From Trichoplax sp. H2 (Eukaryota): a stretch of 64,000 nt of DNA. The notes under the pieces were generated by a model. It did not search any database. It saw only the letters and a program-made list of their open reading frames with translations, and was not told where the DNA came from. The translations under genes and the position numbers were made by a program. Within the stretch, counting starts at the first letter, position 1; every line of letters begins with the position of its first letter. Below, in pieces: positions 51,201-63,971 of the stretch. The stretch spans positions 1 to 64,000 of the forward strand of contig NOWV01000237.1 of NCBI GenBank assembly GCA_003344405.1, written 5' to 3'.

Positions 51201-53628
51201 CATGTACGTTAGACCCTTCAGACTTTAACTCGATGTTGCAGCATATAACTCTGAAGCATCAAGTTAAAATCGAAAGGGCCTAATGTACGTCTATATACTG
51301 ATCGTACTTATGCTACACAATTAGTCAATATTGTCTACGTGCATGCCATGTAATTGCTTTGTGTCGTTAGACGACGATGGAGAATACAGTAGAAGTGTTT
51401 CACGAATTATGAGACATTGATAACTATTATTAGATAACGTAAAGTAAAAAGCATAAGTACCCGTAAATACAGACGATTCTCAGTATATGAAGTATAACGA
51501 GCATGGGTTCTACTAGTAAAGTGTAAAGAAAGGGCATTAAGTGTAAGATACTATCAAATTCTGATCAGCAACGTAGTTACCCTTTATCTACTCCCAAAAC
51601 AGTTTACTCTGCACTGAGTTTACTTGAAACACAGTTATAGATTAAACTACGTCGCTAGACATCTTCACAGTCTAATAATTAAGTAATTAATACATAAGAG
51701 TATATATATATGTTATACTATACATATATACTGTATATTAATTAATTTATTAAATATATATATAGTAGTATGTACAATTGATTGTTTCGGCATCTGAATT
51801 CTAAATAATTCATTTTAAATTTTGGGGACTTATTTTTATGAACATAATTTTACGTTGGACAATTTCTTAGATACTATCAACAGTATCGTTGATTTAGGCC
51901 TGGTTTGGAGGTAGCCAGTATGCCATAATTTAGCATAATAATCAGTCATCACTGTAACAGTTGGCTATGTATAGAATTTTTTTAATTTTCGCATCAGATT
52001 TAGAGTTGGAAGATGGCGCTTCACAGAACTCTACATTACTGTATTGTAAGTCTGTAGCTATCTTGGAACTGAACAATGATAGTCAATCGCAGATAATGCA
52101 GCGAGATGAGAAACGACTTTCAGTACCGTAAAATATGGAGGCTTATTCATTTTTCTATTCATTTTATTATACTTATTTATACGGTACCAATGAAACCGTA
52201 CAATATACCATACCGCACAAAACCAACTTAGCAGCAGGTTAGCAGCTAATTTGAATGTTAAATCTCTTTCTTTTTAGTAATAACGTCGGTTATCTACCAC
52301 ATCCTTAACCTATCTCGAGTAGTGCAATCCTCATAAGTCAGACTATCATATTAGAATCATCACCTTGTAAATGACGATACACAAGCTTAACACTAAAGGT
52401 TGTAATTGTATGGATCCCTCGATCCGTGTAGGCCTGGTAAAAACGTCAATCATACGTCGATAGTATTAGTGAATTCATGAGTTAATATATCGTAGCGTTG
52501 CTATTTTTACATTTGCTTTGGGCATCGGGCAGTTATCCCAAATACTTGCTTAATCAAGGATTAGTCCTATCTGTTTGCCAAAGAGTGATTCTTCAGTACT
52601 AGTTGCTACAGTATTATTGGCCAATTTTTTTTCACAACGTCCTAGCTAATTTTCGTCAGTTGATGGTTTTTGCAAGGTGCTCAATGATGCTGACGACAGA
52701 TTAATTAGTGTCGATTATAACAGCTATAATGTAACGATACTCGATGTAAAATTTGAGCAGTTCACAGTGGAACATGTTGCATAATTATAATAAAAGGTAA
52801 CACATCAATAAATACCGCAATTCATGTGCGGAATTATTATAAACTATAGAATTTAGATGTAGAAATTCGTTTGAACTGCGCTATCATCTGGGAGCTATTG
52901 TTCATCATGAATCAACTTCTATTTAGTTCTAACCGTACATCTTTGTTATACTTTGGCGTAAAATATTCTCCATGATGCAGTATTATGCGAAGTAGAAACG
53001 AGATGAATTAGGAAAAGCCAAGAATAGTATTTTAATAATTGGATGTGACACACTCTAGTAATTAGGAAGCGAAAGAAATGTACTGCAGTTCTAAAGGTTG
53101 TTAAATAAAAGAAAAGGGGGAAAAATATTGCTGGTAGGCATCATTATGCAGTGATCGCCACGTTTAAGAAAGATCATACTCTTGGATTAATCAATATCAA
53201 CTTAGCTTTGATTGATCATATCCATCCTTATGCAGTATAACATTCATTTACGAGTGTTCAAAATGAAGCTGTTAATGCGAAGCTAATTTTATTACATCGT
53301 CGTCTTATTAGATACACTATAGAACATATATTAGATTTAACTACTGTACAGTATACTGTTATTCATTTGTTAACCGTTATGTTACAAATTGTTGAAGCTG
53401 ATCGTAAGCAATTTAATAATCGTAGTGACCGTATTTACAATTTTAGGCATCCTAAATGGTATTGATATACTGTACACGCGGAGATTGTCAATGTATTCTA
53501 TACATAAATAGATAGGACATTATGCGGGAGATAATAAAGGTAGTAATGCCATATGATAGACGGTAGAGATATAGTTAACCATGATGACAAATTTTATAGC
53601 ATGCAGAGTAAATTGTATCTATATAGAA

Positions 53629-54507
53629 TCAAATTCGAATCCAAACTGGAGAACATTTAATGCAATAATTTTTACCCAAGTTGTTATCCCAATGTTGAAT
53701 GCCTTGACATTGAAAACAGATAGCAAATTCTACCATTTCTACACCCTCTACCGGCACAATAATACGAAAAATAAACGTGTCGCTGTATCCTGTACAGGAA
53801 TTGGGATAATACTGGGCTTTAAGGTCCTTCCAAGTTTTCCAGCTATTAAAGGTATAACGTACAAAGACGGCTTTCTCAAAAGCAATATTACGAACTTTAA
53901 TAGTACCTTCGCAGTAGTTTTTGTTTATTACGCTATTTTCTAATTTGACCAGGTTATCTCGTAAGATATCATGGAAACCTGTTTGTGCTACTGGTTGTTC
54001 AAAGCACATTTCTAATAAAACAGTTCGCAGACTATTTGCTGTGAGATTAGAGTTAAATTTGCCAGTAGTAGGACAATCATCTTGAAAGAGTAGATCCGTT
54101 TTGCCATTGAAAGATGCTTTATCTTGCTTTTCATTATCCTTGTATATTTGTTCCTTGGAATTGGCTTTAAAAATAGTGGCTAATACTTTACCCGAAGTAT
54201 CGGCAAAGTGAACGCTTTTCCTCTTTTTGACAACGTGCTTCCTCATTATGCTAGCACCTCTTTGATTTTGATTGCCATTTTTGGTAACAACTGGATACTT
54301 TGCCGATTGTGCTTGATCAGAAGCGTTAGATGCACGATCATTGCTGCTATTGATATCAATTCGATTAAGTGCATCATCTAATGCCATTATGGTGTCGTGA
54401 TCCAAAAAGTCTTCACCGTCCTCCTGATCTTCTCCATAAATTGGTGGGGCAGAGTTTCTTCTCTTATTCTTGGATACGGCATTATTATTATCATCGTTGG
54501 AATCCAT
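53629..54507 (-). CDS. PPP1R3: Protein phosphatase 1 glycogen-targeting regulatory subunit (PPP1R3B/C/D-like), single coding exon, 292 aa
   Basis: RVxF-type motif KKRKSVHFADTSG..L, then FEQP and a CBM21 domain: VKLEN, GTIKVRNIAFEKAVFVRYTFNSW, DTFIF, EFAICF, WDNNLGKNY. Confidence 0.95.
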   Translation of the reverse strand: MDSNDDNNNAVSKNKRRNSAPPIYGEDQEDGEDFLDHDTIMALDDALNRIDINSSNDRASNASDQAQSAKYPVVTKNGNQNQRGASIMRKHVVKKRKSVHFADTSGKVLATIFKANSKEQIYKDNEKQDKASFNGKTDLLFQDDCPTTGKFNSNLTANSLRTVLLEMCFEQPVAQTGFHDILRDNLVKLENSVINKNYCEGTIKVRNIAFEKAVFVRYTFNSWKTWKDLKAQYYPNSCTGYSDTFIFRIIVPVEGVEMVEFAICFQCQGIQHWDNNLGKNYCIKCSPVWIRI

Positions 54508-55586
54508 TTTTCATTGATTAGCCGTTGGTTATAAACTGCTGCCATGCACTGTACGCTGTATACAGTACAGTGGTGCTACAATGGATTTTTACTTGGTTAC
54601 TGCAATGGTTAAAATGTGATGATGGACTGTCCAAACTGAAGATGGTATTGTCGATTGCTTGCTACAGTGCCCTTATGTTGGTTTACTGGTGCAATCGCTT
54701 GGAGTTCATATCTACTAATACGATATTAATAATGTTGATTGTAAGTTTGCAAGGCGTAGAGTAAATTATCTTTCAACAAGAGTATAGTCTTTCAGTATTC
54801 TACCATGGATGTATTATATTGAATAGTACTGTATAGTCGGAAAAAGAATGTGTCGGTTAGTAGCACTATTGAACTAATGGTTGACCAAAGATTGTCCTGA
54901 ATAAAAGGTGAATCGATTCTAATTATTAGTATAATGATTATGGCGTTGTTGCTGGTTGTATTTGCCGCATCGTCCGTAGGATTTGCTACTTTTCTACAAG
55001 TACCTTGGATGGAAAGTACTCTAGTATTAGGATGTAATACCTACTGTATGCTTTGCTAAAATGATTGCAGTACCTTGAGTTACCGTTCTAAGGTGTACTA
55101 ATTGTCCAGCGAATTGAAATGAAAAGGGTGTTGTACTCTTTGGAAATAAAACTATCGATGTAGGAGTAAGTAGTGTTATTGCTGTAGTCGATCGATTAAT
55201 TAATTCTTGCTGTAAAGCTTTCTTCCTATTGTGCGGTGTGCACAACAGTACTTGCAGAGTGTTGCCAGCGTATGCTAGATTGTTCTTTTGGAAATTTCTA
55301 CTTTGTACCCTATCAATGTATCATCATCCTGTTGCAACTTGAATTTCAAGAGTTATAAGCAATGGTAATGACAGCAGTTGGCTCTCAACTCCTGCCACAA
55401 TCTCACTGGGTAAAGGAATAGATGGACTAGTGGTATATAGGATAAGATAGCGTTGTCCAACTTCCAATCTTGATCATCAAATCGATGCTCAGCTAAGTTG
55501 ATCATCATACAGTAATGTACAGTATCAAAAAGTAAACAATCAACAGCTCTGTGATGTAATTAGCAGTTTGGTAGAGTGCGCAGGTT

Positions 55587-56297
55587 ACGTGGCCAGGCTA
55601 TAGTCAAGCACTAGACTGCAAGGTGTCAAGTCGTACCGGTACAACGATAGTGGTACTCAACTGGGTCCCAACCGGTCTCCATCCTTGTTGGACATGACAT
55701 TATGCGCAGGTATGAAGCTACAACTGGATCCTGTGCAATATTGCTGGCTACAATTGCATAGTGTAGCTATCCAGTTACTCAATACAGATACAATGACTAC
55801 AGCTCCTGTATCGATGGACAATCAGGGTGTTTTGCAATAACAAGCCGATTCTACACTACGTGACTAACTGCACGTTTCTAGTAGAAAGACGTAAACAACC
55901 AGGAAGTACTTGGACACTATGAGTGGTGGTAAACAGTGACGTCAAAATAGAATCTGCTCGATTATAGGCCGCACTTGGATAGAGTACAGCATATTATAAT
56001 AGGGAATAATCTTATGCTGGATCATCCGTGCCAGTTGATTTAGTTTCTCACTACTGTACGATACCCTATATAATGCTATGGATGGCTTACATGTGTCTAT
56101 TTTTCGCTGTGATTTCACTGTACAGTACGATACTATACACTGTACACTGTACTGTACTGTACTGTAGTTCAGCTTAACGCGACGTGTTGACCAGTGTTGA
56201 TACCAAGTGACGTCACAACCAACAAGGTTAATAATTCAATATAATGTTAATAATTATATTAATTAATCCAGGCTATAGAAATCACTTGGCGGACGTG
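55587..56297. promoter_or_regulatory. Candidate promoter/enhancer between the PPP1R3 paralogs with two full CREs and five ACGTG cores
   Basis: TGACGTCA at 55937-55944 and 56208-56215. ACGTG at 55587, 55858, 55871 (reverse), 56182 and 56293. ETS-like CAGGAAGT at ~55900. Confidence 0.5.
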
Positions 56298-57090
56298 ATG
56301 GAGTGTTTTTGGCCCTCGGGCAACATGTCCTTTCTTCTGGCTGTCCGTTGTGATCCCATCGATCATGCATTGTCGGCATGCTTAGCCATTGCGTCACAGG
56401 TTGAATAAAAGAAAAAGTTTAAAAGTCAAATAATTTTCAGCAGTGCTTATTCGTCAACCGAAGCCAATGGAAATCATGCCATAGTCATGATCATCATCAT
56501 GATGTCCAGAATCGTATGAGACTCTTCCATGGATGATTTATCATTTTTCTGATAGACTTTACGATATACCATTGATCGATTATTGATACCTGAAAGAAAG
56601 TCATCACTCAGCAGACTTACTGACTTGGCTGTCGATTGACTACCGGCATAAATGAGGAAAACAAGATTGGCGAGAAGAAGAAGAAACACGCAAGACAACC
56701 TCTAGGTAGACTGCAATAGACTAGAAATTATCGACAAGTGACTACTCTACCTACTCAGCAGGCGGAACCAACAAGAAGTGATCGGGAATTACCCTCGTTG
56801 GCCGAACCCCTAACGCAACTTGACTTTATTTTTTATTGGATGGTCAGCAAATACCACCGCCAAGATTCCATTAATTGCTTAAGTAAATTATTATTCAAGG
56901 TAAGTTGCAACGGAATGATACGAATTTGTAGACTTTTGCCAATTGTATTTTGACACAATAGCGATTGAATTGTAAGCTATCGTTGGACACTTCCGTTCAC
57001 CCAAGGCTAACGATTCTGTGCAAAGAATTAAAACGCATGTACAATCAATCCATTTCAAAGTTTTCTTTCATTTTTGCATTTCTTAGGAGC

Positions 57091-58158
57091 ATGATCTACA
57101 GTGATTCCAATTCTCATAGCAGGCTGCCTATGGAGCGTACTAATCCTACCGATGTTCAGATGCCAATGCAATTTAATCTCGTAAGCAACTTGACCAAAAG
57201 AAACACTGCCGATGCTATATTACCTTTCGGTCAATTGAACGATTTGGTTGACTGCTTCACTCAAGCTTCATTAACAAGCAGCAACGATGACCAATTGCCC
57301 ATGCGAACGAGCGCTAGTCTTGAGCACAATTTATTAAGTACAACCGTGGATAACAACTTCCAGGCAGAAAAGACGTTACGCCAATGTCATAGCGATAACG
57401 ATATTCGTCCTCGGAAACCAAAGGTCAAGAAACCCTTTCACAAAAAATCGGTTCGTTTTGCCGACAGCTTAGGCATGCAATTAGTCACCATCTACGAACT
57501 ATCATCGCAATCAGTAGTAGCAGAAAGCAACAATAATTCAAAAGCATCGCCTACTGACGCGACTAAGAACCTTGCGTCTAACCAACATCAGCATCGTCAA
57601 ACGAATTGCTGCACAGAAATACGCAAAGTGAATTTATTCGACTTTAAATGTACTATCGTCGATCAAGCTATGAATAGAAATTATTGTAAATTAAACAAGA
57701 CGTTAAAATTATGTTTCGATCAGCCAGCACAGGATAACAATTTCACTTCCAACCTGAAGAAAAATTTTATCCAATTAGAAAAAGTCACACTGAAAGAACA
57801 ACTGCGTGTGATTGGTGATGTGAAAGTTAGAAATATTGCCTATGAAAAAGCTGTCACGGTCCGATATACTTTGGATTCTTGGAAAACATGCAATGACATG
57901 GCTGCTCAATATAAGTGTAGTTCGGAGAATGGTATTGTAGATACTTTCTCCTTCACTTTAACTTTGCCAACTAATTTATTTGTGGAAAAATTAGAATTTG
58001 CAATCAAGTATGATTGTAATAGTACGTCTTATTGGGACAATAATAATAACCATAATTACGTTATCAAGGTCATTTCAGTAAAAGATGAAAGCGATTCTCG
58101 ATTAAATTCTAGTGGAATGGCACTTTTGAATCATAGAATGAGCCATCATTTCTTATGA
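57091..58158 (+). CDS. PPP1R3: Second PPP1R3 glycogen-targeting PP1 subunit (paralog), single coding exon after a 5'UTR intron
   Basis: KKSVRFADSLGMQL, FDQP, IQLEK, GDVKVRNIAYEKAVTVRYTLDSW, DTFSF, EFAIKY, WDNNNNHNY. The ORF track start (56965, TTG) lies in a probable intron 56900-57086 (AAG|GTAAGT ... TTTCTTAG). The first ATG after the acceptor is at 57091; 57130 is an alternative. Confidence 0.94.
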   Translation: MIYSDSNSHSRLPMERTNPTDVQMPMQFNLVSNLTKRNTADAILPFGQLNDLVDCFTQASLTSSNDDQLPMRTSASLEHNLLSTTVDNNFQAEKTLRQCHSDNDIRPRKPKVKKPFHKKSVRFADSLGMQLVTIYELSSQSVVAESNNNSKASPTDATKNLASNQHQHRQTNCCTEIRKVNLFDFKCTIVDQAMNRNYCKLNKTLKLCFDQPAQDNNFTSNLKKNFIQLEKVTLKEQLRVIGDVKVRNIAYEKAVTVRYTLDSWKTCNDMAAQYKCSSENGIVDTFSFTLTLPTNLFVEKLEFAIKYDCNSTSYWDNNNNHNYVIKVISVKDESDSRLNSSGMALLNHRMSHHFL

Positions 58159-61100
58159 TGATGAATTATTCTCACTTTTGAAGTAAATCAATATCGTTTG
58201 AAAGTACTGCAGCTTTTCTACACTACTACTTCTTAATCACAATTGCGTACGGAATGTGTGTAAAAAACTTACCGTTGTCAAGATAACTCGATATCTATGA
58301 GTATGATATCCGAAAGAGGGCTCAATTGCGAAGAGTATTATTCTATAGTTAACCTTGCATTTCTTGTTGCCTACTACTATTCTTTCTTTTCCAATTTATT
58401 ACCATGTATCTAAACAACATATAATAAATAACTGGATATTTATTAATTCATAGTAAACTGTACAGTCTATCATTTGTCAATTGCATCTGTATTTGTGTTC
58501 GCTTACGGTACGATGAAGTAAAATGATCAACGTCAAGCTAAAAAATTGAAATGCAAAGGACTAAAGTTGATTCATTGAACTGTCCGTACACGCAGGCAAC
58601 TGTAACCACAGTCAAAAGAGATTGAACTATTATCATCATTATCGTAACCATAAATCATTTAGAGTACTTAAGACGTTTATACAGCGCTTGGCGCTTAAGT
58701 TGATGTTTTCAAGACTCTCTAAAACTAATTTCAGCCACGACTTTACTGTCTTGTTTTACTTTTTTGATGTAAATGGCTCAAGCCAAAATGAATAAAAAAA
58801 CGTTTTCTTCTATGGGCTACAGCTTGTGAACCACTTTAACTTTTTCTTTATTTGAAAACCATGGATACACGTATTCAAAAATTTTTCTCACCTCCATAGT
58901 CGAATTAGTGTAACGTCTTATGCTATACAATGTACCAAGAAGCTCTCAGGTAAAAAGTTTCTCCCCAAATTTGCCGGTCCTCAAGGGTTTGGATAAAGAA
59001 TATGCAGGAAAATAATTGGCTTGTACGTGATTGACTTACAAGACACAATAATAACAATAATAACTATAGATGACGTATTGATTCGGTAACAATCCCAACT
59101 TGTTCCTATTGTACATTAATTCAATACATGGCGGTTATTCAAACAAATTTAGCGCAACTGGCATCATCGTTCCTATTGTCTACCAATGTTCCTGTCTTTG
59201 TTTTCATTTGTTTCTATTCAATGACTACAATAAATAACGTATGATGATGAGTTAACGGTCATCGGTATGAAATTAGGATAAAAAATTTTTTTTGTCAGCA
59301 TGAGTGCTGAACCTCATTAGGGAACCATATTGATTACCTTGTGGATAGATCATGTTGTCGATCAATGTTCAAATCATTGCAAGATTGGAACACCTTGACG
59401 TCCAATCTGATACTGGACTTTAATTAGACCTTTTACCTTTTATTTTATTTTTTTTTTTTGGCTGTGGGCAGTGAATGAGGTTGAGACAGATCGTAGGCTT
59501 ACGGTATCATTTTAGTCATCATGTCTACGATAGTAGACTATGCTGCTAGCTGTAATTAAATTACAGTACAACAATTAATCCTCTGTCATTTACTGTACTG
59601 CGTGAACAGTGGACATTTGTTAACGCTGTTTTAACAATTGTAGCATTCATCGATTTATTTGTTTATTTATTAAATTGTCATTAAATTTGGGGGATAAGAA
59701 TCGACTAGCGGATCAGTATGGTATCAATCAGTGATAGCTACCATAAACAAAGTCAAATTATATGCATGCTGTGAGCTGAAGTAGACGGTGGCGTAAATGT
59801 ATCACGGACGACTAAAAGAAAGAAACTGTATTCTGCCAATTTATGCGACATTATTATTATGACTGGACAATCGATTGATTAAAGAATGTGAAAGTATGCA
59901 TTTTACAACTATTGAAATGAAAGCTTATAATTTCGGGGTGGCGTGTCGATATGTTGTACAGTACAAGCTGTTCTTGATGAGTGCATTGAAAAAAAAAATC
60001 GTCGTAGCCCGTCAATGCTTTTATACTTCATGATCAACGAACGCTGTGACAATATCTTTAAATTACTCAGCTAAAGGCTTGTATCATTAATTCATGATGC
60101 TAGTGCTTTTAAATAAATAATTATAAAAGGAAAATTACGAATGTTATGACATAGGCTGATTTAAATTAATTTGCGATACTTAACTAGAGGATTATCAACT
60201 AATCGTAACAATGTATGGCTTTCAATCATGGGGCTACAATACTTGTATACCGTGTACGGGACGATTTTATCGATTTTGAACTGAAATAGATAAACTGTTC
60301 AAACTATCTTGAGTGCATGTAATGCACTTATATGAGAGGCGATCTTATCTAATATCTTCTGCAGTTGTTAATATCGACGTGTTTACTATCTATACAGTAC
60401 TCTACGGTCTGCATGTACAGTATTAATTATATACATATAAATCATATAAGGTATTAGATTACTCATATACATACGTGCATACCGTTTTAGTCACGCATCA
60501 TTAATGGACAAATTATTTGCTTTAACCAAATTGAATCATTCTTAAGAAGGGTTAAATATTCTGACACCCAATATTTATGCCCCATGATTACTAAATGTTG
60601 CCTCTAGTTACATATTAGCTATCATCGTCCTATCGTATTAGCTACCAATTAACACGGCACATATAGTTGTTTAAGTCCGAATGATATAAGGATGAAGATA
60701 TAGAGGCCAATTAAATTGACAATGGATTGAATTGGCAAATAATGCCTGTAGGTAAGATATCTGCATTTGAGAATATGAAATAATGTTGGCATTGTGAATT
60801 TTTCTTCGCACTGCATAATACTTCACTTGTTATATTCTTCTTATATAGAGTGACAAGTAACAATCCACCAGGAGCAATTGCTTCTGTAATTATAATTAGT
60901 ATCGCTATTGTATTGTTCTCATTTTGTGTGATAATCTAGGAGAGTAGCTATGGCTATAGCTGTGCTTGAACAGCATAATTTACTGTGGTGCTGCAGCTTG
61001 AAAAGAACAGACGAATATGTAAAGCGAACATTTTCCTCCAAAACATACTCGTATCTAGCTGTATAGAATTTCTCTATTGTCCGCTCAGTAACTATTTGAC

Positions 61101-62533
61101 TGAATCCAATTAAGCTTATAGCACCAATTACCCATTTTGATACAATACTACTATCGAGTCTGCACTCAGCATACGGTACGTATAAAGTAAAGTAACTGGC
61201 ATTATGCACAATATTCTACGTGTACAATATAATACACTATAACGCTCTGAACATTTTATCGTCCAAATTAGTTAACAGACGATCGGATAGTTACTACTGT
61301 AATTTAGAAGATTGATCCTGTAAGCGAGATAGTTGGTATAACATGCAATAGATGATGTAGTCTTTCTTCTCGTAGCCAGTGGCTATGATGACAATGCTGA
61401 TATTATATATGCTATACTAATAGGCAAGAACGATCGTCCAAATTTGAACAACCAACTCTATGCTCACTGATACAACAATGTGTAATGCTGGTATAGTAAA
61501 GTGCAGCATTATGATCATTCCCATGCTGCATTTCATTATGATTAACTGATTGCACTAAAATTAATTATTGCATGCTTCAAAACACAGAAAATGCAAGTGT
61601 CTAAGTTCAAGTTCAATTATTGAAATATACTATATTTATCGTTGCTACCATCTCAACCACAACTTTTATAAGATTAATCCAACTAACAAATAGTTATATA
61701 AGGAAATACTGCACTGCATAGACCAACTATAAAACATAAATTAATGATTTCTCTAAAAACAACGCATAAATTATTAGGACACTTAGAGAATCCGACGTTT
61801 ATCCGATAATACTATCGTAATTAGATTTCATATAAGATCGCTACACTGTACCAAGGGGTTCCAACTGGAATTAATAATGAAAAGTTAATGTATTTGATAA
61901 AACAGATTTGTGACGACGACATAAAAACTGTCTTATAAATAAGATATCCAACATGATAATAATGGCATACGTATGTCCAATTTCTGATACACAATATAGA
62001 AGAATTAAGACAGTATATAAATTCAAAATAGCAAATAATGCCAAATGGACGAATAATATTCATCGGCTAAAAAAGAAAGGGATTAGCAATAAATTAAGTG
62101 AAATAAATTTAAATAATAACTTTTCTGAAGTGAAAATACAGAAAATTCTAGATATAGAGATACTAAATAAGCACAGACCAAATAGAGAGATGACTGCACA
62201 TAAAAATTTGAATGTATACTGCATATCTTTTGGATCACTAATAAATAATACAGTATGACGAGTAAATACATAGAGCAAGAAGTGTCTATAAAATTAAAAG
62301 GTTCGAAAAGAACGAGTGTAAAACAGAAATTTGATGACAAATAAACAAGCTTCACAGCTTATATAACTATCCTTATAAGGTTTTGTTTTTAAACGTAAAA
62401 AGTGTAACCGTTGATAGCTGTGTGTACGAAAATATTAATCAACCAGCTTTTGCTTCTAATGTATTTACTTGTAAAACATCATACTATGCCAAATATGAAA
62501 GAATCAGAATATCAATATATAAACATATATATA

Positions 62534-62547
62534 TGATAATAATAATG

Positions 62548-62616
<69 letters not shown>

Positions 62617-62642
62617 TTAATAAGAATAATAATAATAATAAT
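62534..62642. repeat. (ATA)n/(TAT)n trinucleotide microsatellite in the probable CPEB 3'UTR
   Basis: About 100 bp of nearly pure ATAATAATA, ~260 bp downstream of the CPEB stop codon. Confidence 0.97.
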
Positions 62643-62901
62643 TTAAAATGTGCAACTCGCATTAAACTCTACATATCATAAAAGCACATCAAAAACTAGT
62701 TAAGTTACAAAGATACTTGCATTAAATTTAATTCTCACCAAACATAGAATAGAAAAAGAGACAAAAATGGTAGAAAAAACTAATTAACGAAGATTATGAT
62801 CAAATTTTCACTACAGGAAACTTGGTAAGAAGAATTTTGGTAACAGAAAAAATGGAAAAGATAAGAAAGAAAAGTTTAACTTGGCTAATAATTTCTCTTT
62901 T

Positions 62902-63971
62902 TTAACTCCATCGAAATGGGACAGTTCGAGGACGATCACCACCCTCCTTAACTAAAGGCTTATGAAATTCTTTTCCCTGGCGTGAATGATTCATAGCCCA
63001 ACAATGTTCGCAATAATATTGCAAGCAGGTAACATTAGAGCAAAAGAAAGGAGCAAATTTTCCGCCACATCGTGCTCCTTGGCAATGATCGCACATTTGG
63101 TCATCTAAAACATACGGCTTAACTTCGACCTACATAGGAGATTATTTATAAATTATTTGATGAACATCAATATTTCAATCAACACCTAGATAGTAATGCT
63201 AAATAGTTCGGCTACAATAATGGTATGTAGAGTGCGCCATCACCTTGCGGTTTATTACATAGAGTTAAAAGTAAATTGTTGATATATACCAATATACTAT
63301 ATATGGTGTTATTGTGCATAATTTAGCATCGTACCCTTTTATCAATATCTCCATGTTGTAGCTGAACAAAGCGGGCGCTAATGGCAGCAATGTAACTCTG
63401 TTGATTTGAAAAAGCAACACGTCCAGCACCTTTAGGATACTTCAACTCCGGATCGGTATCAATTCCAGCATAGCAAACACCACCATAGAAATCGTTCATA
63501 ATCTTAGCTAGCTCGCCTAAGAAAGGATTGAATTAATTATAGCTTATTATACTATTTGTATTTGTTGATTTTAGTCAAATGACCATGAAATCCATATTTT
63601 TCTGTAATTTTCCCAATTATTTACTTACATGCACGAAGTGGACGAGGCACACCGCCAACAAAAATTGTCTTCCTTGGATCGAGCGGTTTCGAATTATCCA
63701 TAACAAAATCGCTATCGGATAGATTCCAAGGTCGAATTTGAACCTAGTATTTTGATGAATAAAGTTTGACAGAATAGAGTAACAACTGTTAGTAAAGATG
63801 ATGATTACAGGTTTACTACGTCGTTTATCCTTCCCTTTTAACGTGTACTTACAGGTTTATGCTTGATGGTTGGACTTGAGACATACATAAACAATTTATC
63901 ATCATCACGAACACACGACTCTATCAATTTCTGAACAGAGACTTCTTCCTCAAATAATAAGAAAGCGTATC
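62902..63971 (-). CDS. CPEB: CPEB2/3/4 (Orb2-type) cytoplasmic polyadenylation element-binding protein, 3' part; gene continues beyond the window
   Basis: Exons ~63854-63971, 63629-63744, 63336-63516 and 62902-63129 give GYAFLLF..SSPTIKHKPVQIRPWNLSDSDFVMD..PLDPRKTIFVGGVPRPLRACELA..GVCYAGIDTDPELKYPKGAGRVAFSNQQSYIAAISARFVQLQHGDIDKRVEVKPYVLDDQMCD..CLQYYCEHCWA..HKPLVKEGGDRPR. This is RRM1 end, RRM2 and the ZZ-type zinc finger. Confidence 0.98.

Noticed and set aside
53581..53943. 120-aa plus-strand ORF
   Set aside because: Antisense shadow of the PPP1R3 CBM21 coding region.
56965..57090. N-terminal extension of the 397-aa ORF from a TTG start
   Set aside because: It lies in a probable intron ending in a polypyrimidine tract and TAG at 57086.
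20571..58158. Idea of a functional sugar/insulin metabolic gene cluster (PGM3, IDE, PPP1R3 x2)
   Set aside because: The genes are interleaved with unrelated RAB28 and TERF, have mixed orientation, and show no shared motif. Ancestral linkage is a simpler explanation.
61821..62646. Several overlapping ORFs including a poly-Ile ORF
   Set aside because: AT-rich probable 3'UTR and (ATA)n microsatellite with no protein-like features.
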